Assembly (NCBI GenBank): GCA_016192345.1
Contig: JACPUH010000082.1
Location: 12,025-76,024 of the forward strand
DNA length: 64,000 nucleotides
Direction of reading: 5' to 3'
Source of the DNA: Ignavibacteriales bacterium
GTDB lineage: Bacteria; Bacteroidota; Ignavibacteria; UBA10030
In this document: one piece after another, positions 40,971 to 50,946 of the stretch
How the letters are laid out: every line of letters starts with the position of its first letter
Position numbering within the stretch: the stretch's first letter is position 1
Translations under genes and position numbers: made by a program
Notes under the pieces: model-generated
Database searches by the model: none
What the model was told of the DNA's origin: nothing
The model's input: only the letters and a program-made list of their open reading frames with translations

Positions 40971-41511
40971 ACTCCTGAATTTTCTTCATGGCATGAAAAT
41001 AGTTTGCCTTTAACCCACCGACTGAGGTTTTGAGAACCTTCGCAATCTCTTCATAGGGCATCTCCTCGTAGTACCGGAGGACGAAGACCGACTTTTGCTT
41101 TGTCGGGAGAGAGGCGATCGCCTCTTCGATCAGCGTTCGCTCCTCCTGGCGCTCCATCATCGTATCCGGTGGTAGAGCATCCGGGTCTTCCACATCAAAC
41201 AATTCGTCAATCCTGAAAAAGTCCCTGACTTTTTGTTTGCGGAGCGCGTTCAGCGCGATGTTGACGGTTATCCGGTACAACCACGTGTACACCGTCGAAT
41301 CGCCCCGAAACCCTTTCAGCGACTCGTAGGCTTTGCAGAAGACCTCCTGCGTCACATCGTCCGCCGCATCATGGTCTGTGAGAAAGCGCCGGGCGACCCA
41401 GTAAACCTTCTCCTGGTAACGCAGCACCAGGAGGTTAAAAGCCGACTCGTCACCATTCTGAAACTGCCTGATTAGCTCGAGGTCACTGCGGTCGGCCATT
41501 CCTATCGACAT
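40942..41511 (-). CDS. RNA polymerase ECF sigma-70 factor
   Basis: Region 2 'VTQEVFCKAYESLKGFRGDSTVYTWLYRITVN'. Region 4 'SVFVLRYYEEMPYEEIAKVL'. Confidence 0.9.
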   Translation of the reverse strand: MSIGMADRSDLELIRQFQNGDESAFNLLVLRYQEKVYWVARRFLTDHDAADDVTQEVFCKAYESLKGFRGDSTVYTWLYRITVNIALNALRKQKVRDFFRIDELFDVEDPDALPPDTMMERQEERTLIEEAIASLPTKQKSVFVLRYYEEMPYEEIAKVLKTSVGGLKANYFHAMKKIQEYVRRAHASR

Positions 41512-41679
41512 TCCTACGTTTCTTGGACAAATCCAAATCGGGATGGTTTAATCTGGCCGAGATTCTCAAAAATCAGCATTTCCGAGAAACAAGAGAAACT
41601 AGAGCTCAACAAACTCACTCGCATCAATGGTTAAGCCCACTGGATTGGGCTTTGCGCAAAACTCGGCTGTTTTGTTGCT

Positions 41680-41905
41680 CCACTCCCCCCGTCAACGCGC
41701 TGGCAACGCCCCCTCTCCGATCCGACTTGATGCTCGCTGACGCGTCTCAAGTATGTATGGCGCCTGTCCCACAAGGAGGATGCTGTCGCACCTCAGGTAT
41801 GGACAGCGCAGCTCCAAACAGTAGCACGCTATCGCGTGCTTTAGCGGTAGGCCGCTGGCGGCCTCCGGCTGGAGAGGGGAGTGGGGAAGAGTGGAGATTA
41901 AACTC
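41680..41905. other. GC-rich highly structured intergenic element (candidate ncRNA or structured 5' UTR)
   Basis: A 9-bp long-range complement, CCACTCCCC at about 41681 with GGGGAGTGG at about 41878, encloses about 190 nt. Perfect local hairpins inside include AGCACGC-tatc-GCGTGCT, GGCCGC..GCGGCC and GCTGTC..GACAGC. No ORF. Confidence 0.25.
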
Positions 41906-43182
41906 TATCCCACCCTCTTCAGGACCATAAACGTCAGGTCATCCGACTGAGGCTCACCTCCAACGAACTTTTCAATATCAAGCAAGATCCTATCTTTGAG
42001 GGCGTTCACCGATCCAGAGCCCGACTCCTTGATGCTCTTCTGAAATCGTTCTTCACCATACTCTGTGAAGGATCGATCCATCGCCTCAGTCACACCGTCG
42101 GTGTACAGTACCATTCCCTCGGAGAGAGAGAGATTGACCGTATCCTCCTGGAACTCGGCGAAATCAAACATCCCGAGGGGGAGTCCACCCGCCTTCAAGG
42201 GATCGATTGAATTTTTCGTGGGATTAAAGACGTAGGGGAAGTTGTGTCCCGCATTGACATAGGTAAAGAGACCCTTCGCCAGATCGAGCACACCGATAAA
42301 AAAGGTAATGTAGCGGTCCGGCTCCGTATTGCGGTAGACGACACCGTTGAGTTTCTTGACCAGATCGGGGAGCTTTGCATTCCCCTCGATATACGCGTGG
42401 AGTGACGCCTGCAACGTTGATACCAGGAGCGCCGCCGGAACACCTTTTCCCGACACGTCCGCGACCACGAGGGCAAATTTCGATTCCGCCAGGGGGATGA
42501 TATCAAAGTAGTCTCCTCCCACATGTTTGGAGGGGCGGGCAACGGCATCGATCTCGTACCCCGGAAGGAAGGGAATTTCCTTCGGCAGCAATCGACGCTG
42601 GATGTTCGCAGCAATCTCAATTTCCTTTTCTATCTTCTCCTTTTCCACGATGGCCTGGTGCAATCTCGCAGTCTCAATGGCAAGAGCGGCATGGAGCGAG
42701 AACGCTTCGAGGAATTGTTCGTCATCCTTGTCAAACGTCCCTTGTCTCTTATTGAGGATCTGGAACACGCCGATAACCTTCTTGTTCCTGTCGCGCATAG
42801 GCATGCAAAGCATTGTTTTGGTCTGGAATCCCGTTCGAAGGTCAAACCCGGAGAAGAAACGCTTATCCTTCCAGGCATCCTTCAGGTTGACCGTTTTGCC
42901 CGTTTTGGACACATGCCCGGCGATGCCGGTACCGATGGGCAGTCGGATCTCGACCAGTTCTTTCCCTTTGAGGACTTTCGACCAAAGCTCCTGCTTTTCC
43001 CAATCGATGAGGTATATCGTGCCGCGGGCAGCCTTGAGGTTCTTCATCGCCAGGCCGAGAATCAGCCCTAAGAGCTTTTCCAGATCGAGCGTTGTATTGA
43101 GGACTTTTGACGCGTCGATGAGCGTCTCAAGCCGCTTGACGTGCTGTCGCTGAGTCTGAAACGGTTGTTTCTTTTTCGGCAT
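41905..43182 (-). CDS. GAF-domain-containing PP2C-type (SpoIIE/RsbU-like) serine phosphatase
   Basis: N-terminal GAF domain 'GTIYLIDWEKQELWSKV'. PPM domain 'HVGGDYFDII', 'ADVSGKGVPAAL', 'LYTDGVTEA'. Confidence 0.85.
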   Translation of the reverse strand: MPKKKQPFQTQRQHVKRLETLIDASKVLNTTLDLEKLLGLILGLAMKNLKAARGTIYLIDWEKQELWSKVLKGKELVEIRLPIGTGIAGHVSKTGKTVNLKDAWKDKRFFSGFDLRTGFQTKTMLCMPMRDRNKKVIGVFQILNKRQGTFDKDDEQFLEAFSLHAALAIETARLHQAIVEKEKIEKEIEIAANIQRRLLPKEIPFLPGYEIDAVARPSKHVGGDYFDIIPLAESKFALVVADVSGKGVPAALLVSTLQASLHAYIEGNAKLPDLVKKLNGVVYRNTEPDRYITFFIGVLDLAKGLFTYVNAGHNFPYVFNPTKNSIDPLKAGGLPLGMFDFAEFQEDTVNLSLSEGMVLYTDGVTEAMDRSFTEYGEERFQKSIKESGSGSVNALKDRILLDIEKFVGGEPQSDDLTFMVLKRVG

Positions 43183-43513
43183 AGGGGAATTGGGATGCTG
43201 TGGTGGTATGCTGACTGAGACCCGCGCAGATGGATTCGGTTACACTTTCATTCTGAGCTTATCTTCTCTCAATTTGAAGTTCGCTTCTTGCGCATATCCA
43301 ACTTGTGGATCGCTCGCGCGCTCCACCAGAAGCGTATTGCTGAAGTCTGCGTTAGCAGGCAACTGTTTGGATACAGGCCTTTGCTGTTAAGCTTCCCGCG
43401 GACTCCGGCGGTGTGGTGGGAGTGATCTCGGATACAATGATAGCTGGATTCTCTTAGAATGTCAATTTGCACAACCGTTCCGTTTGAGCGTCCACAAAGC
43501 AAAGGCTGTGGGC

Positions 43514-43549
43514 GAAAAAAGAGTAGCGCAACCTGACAAGTTGCGCTAC
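43514..43549 (-). terminator. Intrinsic terminator 2 after the giant adhesin gene
   Basis: Minus strand reads GGGTAGCGCAACTTGTCAGGTTGCGCTAC followed by TCTTTTTT. Confidence 0.55.
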
Positions 43550-43567
43550 CCGTCCCTCGCTGGCTGC

Positions 43568-43606
43568 ATAAAACAGCAAACCCCCGCCGAAGCGAGGGTT
43601 TGCTGG
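43568..43606 (-). terminator. Intrinsic terminator 1 after the giant adhesin gene
   Basis: Minus strand reads CAGCAAACCCTCGCTTCGGCGGGGGTTTGCTG followed by TTTTAT. The hairpin loop is UUCG. Confidence 0.6.
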
Positions 43607-43639
43607 TAAAGACCTCCGAGGTTTCGGAAGGGACTCTGA

Positions 43640-46600
43640 TTACTTAATCAGCGTCATCTTCTTGGAAGCCTGGAACTGATCGGCATGTACGCGATACAGA
43701 TACACACCGCTCGGGACTGCGATACCGCCGTCATTCTTACCATCCCACACCAGGGTGTGGAACGCAGCGCTCATGGTCTCGCCGGCAATCAACGTGCGGA
43801 CCTTCACACCGAGGACGTTGTAGATTTCCAGCGTCACGGGAGCTTCCTTGGGCAGACCGAACTTGATCGTCGTAGACGGGTTGAAGGGGTTCGGATAGTT
43901 CTGCGACAAGGTGAACTCTGTCGGGACCAGTTCAATCGGCTCGACATCGGAAACAACGTTCACTGCAACCGTATGGTTGATGCGGCTGCCGTCAAAGGTA
44001 TCCGTGCCGATCACCGTAATGCTGGTGGAACCGCTTACCTTCTTCGTGACCGTGAGGACGTTGTTCGTTATGGACGCCGTGATAATGGCGCTATTGGCAA
44101 CGGACACGGAGTAGGTGATGCTCGACTGTGCACCCGTAAAGAGCGCGGGGTTCGTCAGGTTCCGTGTGAACGTACCAGCTGCATCCGTCAAATTGATCGG
44201 GGCAATCGGATTGGCGATAACCATCGTGGACTTCAGACCATAGGTGAAGATAGCTCCACCCTGGATCAGGCCACCGACCGAGTTGACGTTTACCACACTT
44301 GGCGTGCCGCTGATGACGAAGTTGTCATACTGTGCACCCTGCAGCGTCCATTGGTTGGTGATATCGGAAGCAGTGCCGTTACGGCGGATGATACGAACGT
44401 TGGCAATATCATCAAAGTTCGCAAACCCTTCTGCCGTCAACTCAAGATTGAACTGAGTTGCACCCAGACTTCCTGTGGTTGAAATTGCCCAACTGAAGTC
44501 GGGATATCGGGCTACGTCTGTTCCTGTCTCGACACCATTTGCAATCGGCAACCCGACGATACCAGTCGGACGCACACCGTCATATTTCACGGTTCCAGAG
44601 ACACCCAGCGCAATACCGGCTGCGAGGGCTGAATTGACGAAGGTCAATGCCACCGGACGATAGCTGGTGCCACCAACCGGGAACTCATTACGACCGAACG
44701 CAATGATCTGACCAAGCTTCAAAGGCACGCGCAAGTTACCGGCGACGTGGCTTGCACCACCAGCGGCGACCGTACGCGTCCATCCCTCAACAGCGGTGTT
44801 CAACTGATTGCTGAGAATCAGAACGTTGGAGCCGGTCTCAATGATACCACTGATGAGGTTCAGCTGGGCAGGCGCACCGGCTGCAGCAGTACCGGTACCG
44901 ATGGTCAGATTTCCACCAGCCAGCACAACTTTACCAGCGGTCTTGTTCACGGTCACGGATCCTACAGTCCCGCCGGCAGTCGGCACAGTGACTGTCTGAT
45001 CTACCGCACCCGTGAAGGACATTTGAACCGTGGCACCGAACGATCCACCCGCGGCGTTTACATCACCCTGAGCCGCTAGCGTACCGCCAGTCGTGGTCGT
45101 CATGACCGTGCCCTTTGTAAGGGTAGAAAGGCCCGTGACGGTGAGCGTAAAGGCCGAACCGGCATTGGAAAGATCAATAGCCGATCCACTGGTCACGCAA
45201 TTCAACGTGAAGTTTGTCACGGTTCTGCTCGCGTGCAAATTGACCGTTCTATTGACCCCTGTAGCGCCAACGGAAACCGTCAAGGTTGAAATGGTCGCTG
45301 TTGACGGCCACTCGTTGCTCGTGGTTACGTTAGCCGCATTGCCGGTGTATGTCAGGTTATAAGCAGCAGCAGGCGTCAACGCTGCACTCAATGAACCACC
45401 GCCAACGACAGACACGGTAGCCCCATCAGCGATTGTCAACGTCTTTGAGTTAAGATTGAGCACGCCCGCGGCGAGCGACAGAGTACCACTCACCGTCGTA
45501 GCGGCACCTAATTTAACAATGTTCGAAGCACCCGTTCCAACCGCAACGTTGACGGTTAGGTTCCGCACCGTTGCAGGCAACTCGACGCCCGAGGTAATGT
45601 CGGCCGGGAGGTTCGCATTCAGATACCAGACATCAACCGCACCAGCAAGTGCAGGAGCGTGCGAGAGGGTACCGGTGTTCTCCACACGGACAACCACGGC
45701 ACCATCAGCCAAGGTTATGCGACCGGTCGAACCCAGCGTCACATTTCCTTTTCCGAAGGTAAGTCTGTTCGCCACGGTAAAGCCGACGGTTCCATTCGCC
45801 GTCGTTGCAGCTTCGAAGCGAACGTTCGGGATGGAGAGCGTCGAACCGGTTGCGGGCGTAAGGCCGCCACCGTTGAAGACGATCTCACCGATGTTGGCCG
45901 TCGCACTCGACGAGGTCGTCGCCGTAAATGTTCCTGCGGTGAAGTTGAACACGCCACCCGTCACGATAATATCATTGATACCAAGCTCAACCGTACCTTT
46001 TGTGGAGGTCAGATTTGCGCTCGCCGTGAGGGAACGTGCAGTGGCCGGTGACGTGGTAGCATCCGGGTTAAACGTAATCGTTCCCGTCGTATTGATCGTC
46101 ACGTACGGGATGCTCGGATTGCCAACGCCATCAATGGTCATGGCCGTTCCGGTGAAGGTGATCACACCAGTCGTCGCAGCGCCTGTATTCGTGTACGTTC
46201 CGGCAGTAAAGGTGTATGATGTACCGGAAAGGGTCAACCCCAACGAATTCAGATCGAAATCACCCGCAGTGTGGGTGAACTTACCGGTGACCGTCAATCC
46301 GCTCGTCACAAGCTGGATTCCAAAACCCGGAGAATTTAACGTAAGATTCGGGATATCCACGGTTGTGGTGAACGTATAGGTCCTTGTGGCACCGGCCGCA
46401 GCAACGACGGCACCTGTACCGGCAGTAATCGTGCCTGTACCGGAATGCGTGTAGTTGTCCGCCAGAGTCAGGTTGAAGTCACCAAGAGCAAGGGAACCAC
46501 TACCCGTTTGGGTTGCAGTACCGGTCAAATTGATATGAGAACCCAACGTGAGCGTACCACCATTCACCGCCAGGTTACCGGCGATAGTCCTTGTAAGGGC

Positions 46601-49600
46601 TGCTGCTCCGTTCATGGTCAGGGTGACCGCACCAGCGGTAACCGTGAAATTCCCGGTAACAGACGACGCGGTTGAATTCATGCCCAACGTCGTCGTGCCG
46701 GCGGTATTCACAAACGTACCGACCGTCGCCGTAGCGGAGTTCATCGTGATGTTCGCGACAAGCCCCGTCCTGTTGATCGTCAGGAGCGTCAGCACCTTCA
46801 TACCGGTCGAAGTGAAGGAACCAGACGTTGCGGGATCAACCAGGAGGTCCGCGATGAGGGATGCATTCCCCGTGCCGCTGCCGCCTGTCAACGTGGCCGA
46901 AGTACCAGTCACTTCAAACGTACCGCCGGTGACGGTTCCGTTCACAATGTGAGCCGCAGTGTTGCCGCTCGCTGTGAGGATTCGGGCACCGCCGTTGGTC
47001 AACTGTAACGTTTCGCCAATATCGACACGCAACGAACCTACGATCGTACCGTTGCCGGCAATGAAGGTGATCGTCTTTCCAGCGCTTCCGGCGATCAGCG
47101 AGAGATCATTAACCTTTGTCGTTACGAAATCCGTCGCACCGATCGTTGTTGCGGTCGCTCCTGTGTAGCTCAGGTTATAGACAGACGTGATTGCCAATGC
47201 CACGGCACCACCGTCCGCCCCATCAACCAGGAACGGAGAGCCATGCGTATTTGCGGTATTGATCACAACCGTGGGCACGACCAAGGCATCATCGAGCGTG
47301 AGCGTGCCTGCTGTGAACAGATCTCCGCCTTCATCTGCCTGGTTCCACGTCAATCCGCCCGAATCGAACGTGAGCACACCAGAAATCTTCACTGCGCCAA
47401 GCACAAGAACGTTATTGGCCGCAGTAGACAGTCTGATGTAAATATTGGAATACGCCTGAGTACCTGTGATCACGGCACCATCAGCCGCGGCACCCGTGTT
47501 GGCACCCGTACCTTCGAAGATGATTCCACCAACGCCGCTCGCCGTATAACCGCGACCGCCATTGGTAAACCGGGCGCTCACGCCACCGGCCTGCTGCATT
47601 CTGATGTTGCTCGTTCCCAAGATGACCCGGCCGGTCGTGATAGTGAAGTTGTTAAGAACAATCAACGAGGCCGTCACGGTGACTTTGTCGTCCTCGATAA
47701 CATTGGCCAGAAATGCACCAGTGTTGTTGACGGTCACGTTATAGACGTTCATCTGGGTACCGGGAGTAAACGACTGGCTCGTGGCACCTGCAAAATTCAA
47801 GGTCCCGGTGCCAGCGGCAGCTGCATCAATTGTGCCTCCCGTCCTGTTGAAGGCTCCCTTCAACGTCAGGGTATTTGCTCCAAACGTAAACGTTCCCTGA
47901 GGCATGTTAAAGGTTCCTTCAACCTGCAAACCTGCTGTACCCAGGGTAATGCTTCCGGCAGTCATATCGACATTGCCCTTTACAACCGTAGCGCCATTGA
48001 TCGTGACGACGCCTGCACCGGTCATATTGAGATTACCCTGAATAACCGACGCCCCACCGATTGTCAATGTGCCGGCGCCAGATTTTGTGACATTGCCATA
48101 AAAAGTGTTTCCTGCAGTCGCGAACGAGGTACCATTCGCAAACTCAACGTTCGGAAGGTTACCCGTCCCGGTCATTGTCGGCGCTGCTCCCGTGAACTTC
48201 AGCAAACCGGTTCCGGTGGTTGCAGTCGTGGAGGAGAAAATATCTCCGGCGTTCGCCAGGGCGACACCGCCCGTGAAGCTCAGGGTAAGAACGTTGCCGC
48301 TGATCTTCATCTTACCGTTGTTCGTGACGGTCTTGGAGAACGAGGAGCTTGCACCAAAAATGGCCTGCGATGCTGCGTTGTTATTGGTAAACGTCCCGGT
48401 AAACGTCCCGGTTGCGTTGACCGTCATCACTCCGGTAGCCGCATCGTTGACAACATCATATCCGGTGGAAAACACGTCGCCGGATTGGCCAAGCGTCATC
48501 GCACCGCCGCCGGTGTTGATAACACCATTGGTTGCGGTTGCGCCGCGCAATGCGGCCGATCGCACGGCAAAGGAGCCTGTGCTCGTATTGGAGAGGATAA
48601 CCGAAACAAAACCGTTATTGACATATCCGCCCGAGGTCGTGAATGCGGCAGCCGAAAGCGGGGTCGAGATCGACCCGACGATTGAAAGCGCTCCTGAACC
48701 TCCATTGGAAATCGTCAGATTGTGAGCGACAGCATTTTTAGCATCAGTGGTTGCCGGGGCGTTCGTGTTGTTGAACGCGATATCCCCGTTTGCCGTGAAG
48801 CTGCTCGCACCGGTAAGGGCAACGATATTGCCGACCGTCAAAACCGTCCCATCCCCTGTTCCGGGTTTGGTATTGGTCACGTTATAGCTGACGGTGGAAT
48901 TAACGACCACACTCCCGCCTGCGTTTACGGTGATCACGGCGGTCGAGGTGGCTTCACTCGTTGTCATGGTCAGGGTGTTTGACGAGGTCGTGCCAATCGT
49001 CAGGGCTCCCGTGCTGGAGTTCAAAATATCGCCTCCGGCAGCAACGGTAAGGCTTCCCGCAAGCGTCACACTGGCGGCGCCCGAGGAGACAAGGTTGGTA
49101 AGGCTGATGGAAGCGTTATCAACCGTGATGTTGCCCGAGGCCTTGTTGAAGGTCAAGGTGCCTGAACCGTATGACGATGGCAGGAACGCCGCCGTCGAGC
49201 CGATCGTTGTCGTTCCATTGAAGACGACGTTCAGGTTGGTTCCGGTCGTCGGCACAAAATTCAGCGTGCCGCCCGTAAAGGTTAATGTGGCGCCACTGCC
49301 CACGACAACATTCGCCGCGTTTGCACTCGTCATCGAGCCAGCAGTCAGCACAAGGGCCGTCGCAGACGTTCCAAAGTTGAACTTCGCCGTTCCGGTGGAT
49401 CCCCAGTCAACGACACCGCTCGCATGATTTAATGTGAATCCGTCCGTGATCGTGACCGTTGTATTCCCGCCAACAGCCGTCCCCACAAACGTGAGGGTTT
49501 TTGCAGCCGCAAGCGTAACCGGCGCACCTTCACCCGGAAGGACTGTCGAGTTGTATGTACCGGCCTCAACGTTGATCGTTGATCCGGTTGCCGCCGCGGT

Positions 49601-49765
49601 GATGGCCTTCCCGATCGTGCGGTACGGTGCAGCTGAAGAACCGGTACCGAACGTATCGTCGCCATTCGTCGCGCTGACATACACCTGCGCAAGTGCCGTG
49701 CCACTCAGTACAACAAACAGAGCGAGTAGCATGGTGCTCAGCGTCAAGAATCTTTTGCTATTCAT
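43640..49765 (-). CDS. Giant (2041 aa) secreted beta-helix/adhesin-like protein with T9SS type-A CTD
   Basis: Signal peptide 'MNSKRFLTLSTMLLALFVVLSGTALA'. N-terminal cap 'VYVSATNGDDTFGTGSSAAPYRTIGKAITAAATGSTINVEAGTYN'. About 1900 aa of T/G/A/N/S/V-rich repeats. C-terminus 'LSQNYPNPFNPSTTIKFGLP...GVYLYRVHADQFQASKKMTLIK'. Confidence 0.8.
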   Translation of the reverse strand: MNSKRFLTLSTMLLALFVVLSGTALAQVYVSATNGDDTFGTGSSAAPYRTIGKAITAAATGSTINVEAGTYNSTVLPGEGAPVTLAAAKTLTFVGTAVGGNTTVTITDGFTLNHASGVVDWGSTGTAKFNFGTSATALVLTAGSMTSANAANVVVGSGATLTFTGGTLNFVPTTGTNLNVVFNGTTTIGSTAAFLPSSYGSGTLTFNKASGNITVDNASISLTNLVSSGAASVTLAGSLTVAAGGDILNSSTGALTIGTTSSNTLTMTTSEATSTAVITVNAGGSVVVNSTVSYNVTNTKPGTGDGTVLTVGNIVALTGASSFTANGDIAFNNTNAPATTDAKNAVAHNLTISNGGSGALSIVGSISTPLSAAAFTTSGGYVNNGFVSVILSNTSTGSFAVRSAALRGATATNGVINTGGGAMTLGQSGDVFSTGYDVVNDAATGVMTVNATGTFTGTFTNNNAASQAIFGASSSFSKTVTNNGKMKISGNVLTLSFTGGVALANAGDIFSSTTATTGTGLLKFTGAAPTMTGTGNLPNVEFANGTSFATAGNTFYGNVTKSGAGTLTIGGASVIQGNLNMTGAGVVTINGATVVKGNVDMTAGSITLGTAGLQVEGTFNMPQGTFTFGANTLTLKGAFNRTGGTIDAAAAGTGTLNFAGATSQSFTPGTQMNVYNVTVNNTGAFLANVIEDDKVTVTASLIVLNNFTITTGRVILGTSNIRMQQAGGVSARFTNGGRGYTASGVGGIIFEGTGANTGAAADGAVITGTQAYSNIYIRLSTAANNVLVLGAVKISGVLTFDSGGLTWNQADEGGDLFTAGTLTLDDALVVPTVVINTANTHGSPFLVDGADGGAVALAITSVYNLSYTGATATTIGATDFVTTKVNDLSLIAGSAGKTITFIAGNGTIVGSLRVDIGETLQLTNGGARILTASGNTAAHIVNGTVTGGTFEVTGTSATLTGGSGTGNASLIADLLVDPATSGSFTSTGMKVLTLLTINRTGLVANITMNSATATVGTFVNTAGTTTLGMNSTASSVTGNFTVTAGAVTLTMNGAAALTRTIAGNLAVNGGTLTLGSHINLTGTATQTGSGSLALGDFNLTLADNYTHSGTGTITAGTGAVVAAAGATRTYTFTTTVDIPNLTLNSPGFGIQLVTSGLTVTGKFTHTAGDFDLNSLGLTLSGTSYTFTAGTYTNTGAATTGVITFTGTAMTIDGVGNPSIPYVTINTTGTITFNPDATTSPATARSLTASANLTSTKGTVELGINDIIVTGGVFNFTAGTFTATTSSSATANIGEIVFNGGGLTPATGSTLSIPNVRFEAATTANGTVGFTVANRLTFGKGNVTLGSTGRITLADGAVVVRVENTGTLSHAPALAGAVDVWYLNANLPADITSGVELPATVRNLTVNVAVGTGASNIVKLGAATTVSGTLSLAAGVLNLNSKTLTIADGATVSVVGGGSLSAALTPAAAYNLTYTGNAANVTTSNEWPSTATISTLTVSVGATGVNRTVNLHASRTVTNFTLNCVTSGSAIDLSNAGSAFTLTVTGLSTLTKGTVMTTTTGGTLAAQGDVNAAGGSFGATVQMSFTGAVDQTVTVPTAGGTVGSVTVNKTAGKVVLAGGNLTIGTGTAAAGAPAQLNLISGIIETGSNVLILSNQLNTAVEGWTRTVAAGGASHVAGNLRVPLKLGQIIAFGRNEFPVGGTSYRPVALTFVNSALAAGIALGVSGTVKYDGVRPTGIVGLPIANGVETGTDVARYPDFSWAISTTGSLGATQFNLELTAEGFANFDDIANVRIIRRNGTASDITNQWTLQGAQYDNFVISGTPSVVNVNSVGGLIQGGAIFTYGLKSTMVIANPIAPINLTDAAGTFTRNLTNPALFTGAQSSITYSVSVANSAIITASITNNVLTVTKKVSGSTSITVIGTDTFDGSRINHTVAVNVVSDVEPIELVPTEFTLSQNYPNPFNPSTTIKFGLPKEAPVTLEIYNVLGVKVRTLIAGETMSAAFHTLVWDGKNDGGIAVPSGVYLYRVHADQFQASKKMTLIK

Positions 49766-50411
49766 TGTTCCTCCAATAGAGAAATGGGTAATTTATTTGC
49801 ATCAACAACTTTATCCCCTTCACAACCTGCAGACTTCCGATCATTCCACGCTTCGAAAGCCTCGACATACTTCCCGCACCTCATCGCGCGAGAAAAAACC
49901 AAAAACCGTTAACTAGTATTCATCGTATCTTCCATACTGTTTCTCCTTGAGCTTAAGGTTTTTTTCGCGTGGATATTTGCATCAAACTTGTGTGGTGACA
50001 AAAACTCTCGGCAAACTTGAAGACAAAAACGGAAAGACGCGACAACCCCCTGGGGGTCATCGCCGGTTTTGCATCTTTGCTGAATTTTTATGCATACGAC
50101 GTACGGTGCAAAAGATGTGCTGCAAAGATAGGAACATTAAGGTTTGTTGTCAAGGCTTTTTTCAGGAGAATACCCCTTTCCACCTTATTAATGAGAGGGT
50201 TGCAGAAACGCCGGTTGTTCCATGGGCAAAATCTGGATTGTCCCTAAATAGGCCATTTTCATGACTTGACGGCTCAAACATAGACAAAGCCCAACTGTTT
50301 GTCAAGACCCTGAAGGCCCTGTGTGCGGGATATCACGCAGGGACTTGCCGGTCGTCAGCCGGTCTCCCTCAAGTGTTTTTCCACCGCAGAGACGCCGAGC
50401 ACGCAGAGGTC

Positions 50412-50794
50412 TTATTTGAAATTATTGACCAACCTCTTCAGTCTGTTTTTTAGCACAGGGACATTAAAATTTACAAGCAACCCAACTGAAAGCCCCGAAA
50501 GCCGGAGATACGTCAACAATTGAGCCTGATGGATTGGGAGAAGCGATTCCACTGATTTTATCTCCACAATGATCTTCTTCTCAACAACAACGTCCAGCCT
50601 GTACCCACAATCAAGCTTCTGACCTTTGTATATGATCGACAGGTGTTGTTGTCGTTGGAAATGCAAACCTTGCGCTGACAATTCATAACAAAAAGCTTCC
50701 TCTATAAGGATGGTTCCAAAAGGCCTGGTCCAAGAATTTTATGAACTTCTATTGCCAAGCCTATGATCCTCCGTGTGAATTCGTTTTCAAGCAT
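50412..50794 (-). pseudogene. GxxExxY protein gene (PD-(D/E)XK-like) interrupted by a +/-1 frameshift
   Basis: N-terminal part ..MLENEFTRRIIGLAIEVHKILGPGLLEPSL* (ends at 50702). C-terminal part in another frame is (GT)ILIEEAFCYELSAQGLHF...IVEIKSVESLLPIHQAQLLTYLRLSGLSVGLLVNFNV.. (50412..50681). Together they rebuild a full GxxExxY protein if 1 nt is added near 50690. Confidence 0.7.
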
Positions 50795-50895
50795 ATTGAC
50801 CTCCGTATCCTCCGCGACTCTGCGGTGAATGTAAACTTCGGTGAATCGAGATCTTGTGATATGTCTGTGACACGATTTCCTCCTTTCAGAAGATT

Positions 50896-50946
50896 GAACG
50901 CCCTGAAGGGCGTTAGCGATTTTTAACCCGACCCTGAAGGGTCGGG
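50896..50946. repeat. REP-type hairpins H1 (GAACGCCCTGAAGGGCGTT) and H2 (CCCGACCCTGAAGGGTCGGG)
   Basis: Perfect stems with a TGAA(G) loop. The same pair recurs at 51604..51667 on the other side of the RAYT. Confidence 0.7.

Noticed and set aside
41700-41860. SRP (4.5S) RNA or RNase P RNA identity for the structured intergenic element
   Set aside because: The SRP domain IV consensus (GUCAGGUCCGGAAGGAAGCAGC) and the RNase P P4 motif (AGGAAAGUCCGGGCUCC) are not present. Only a partial GCUGU..CAGG resemblance was seen. It is kept only as an unclassified structured element.
43685-49427. Multiple plus-strand ORFs of up to 480 aa inside the adhesin gene
   Set aside because: All lie antisense to, or out of frame with, the 2041-aa T9SS cargo gene, which has a signal peptide and a CTD. 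Their translations are repetitive R/G/C-rich with no motifs.
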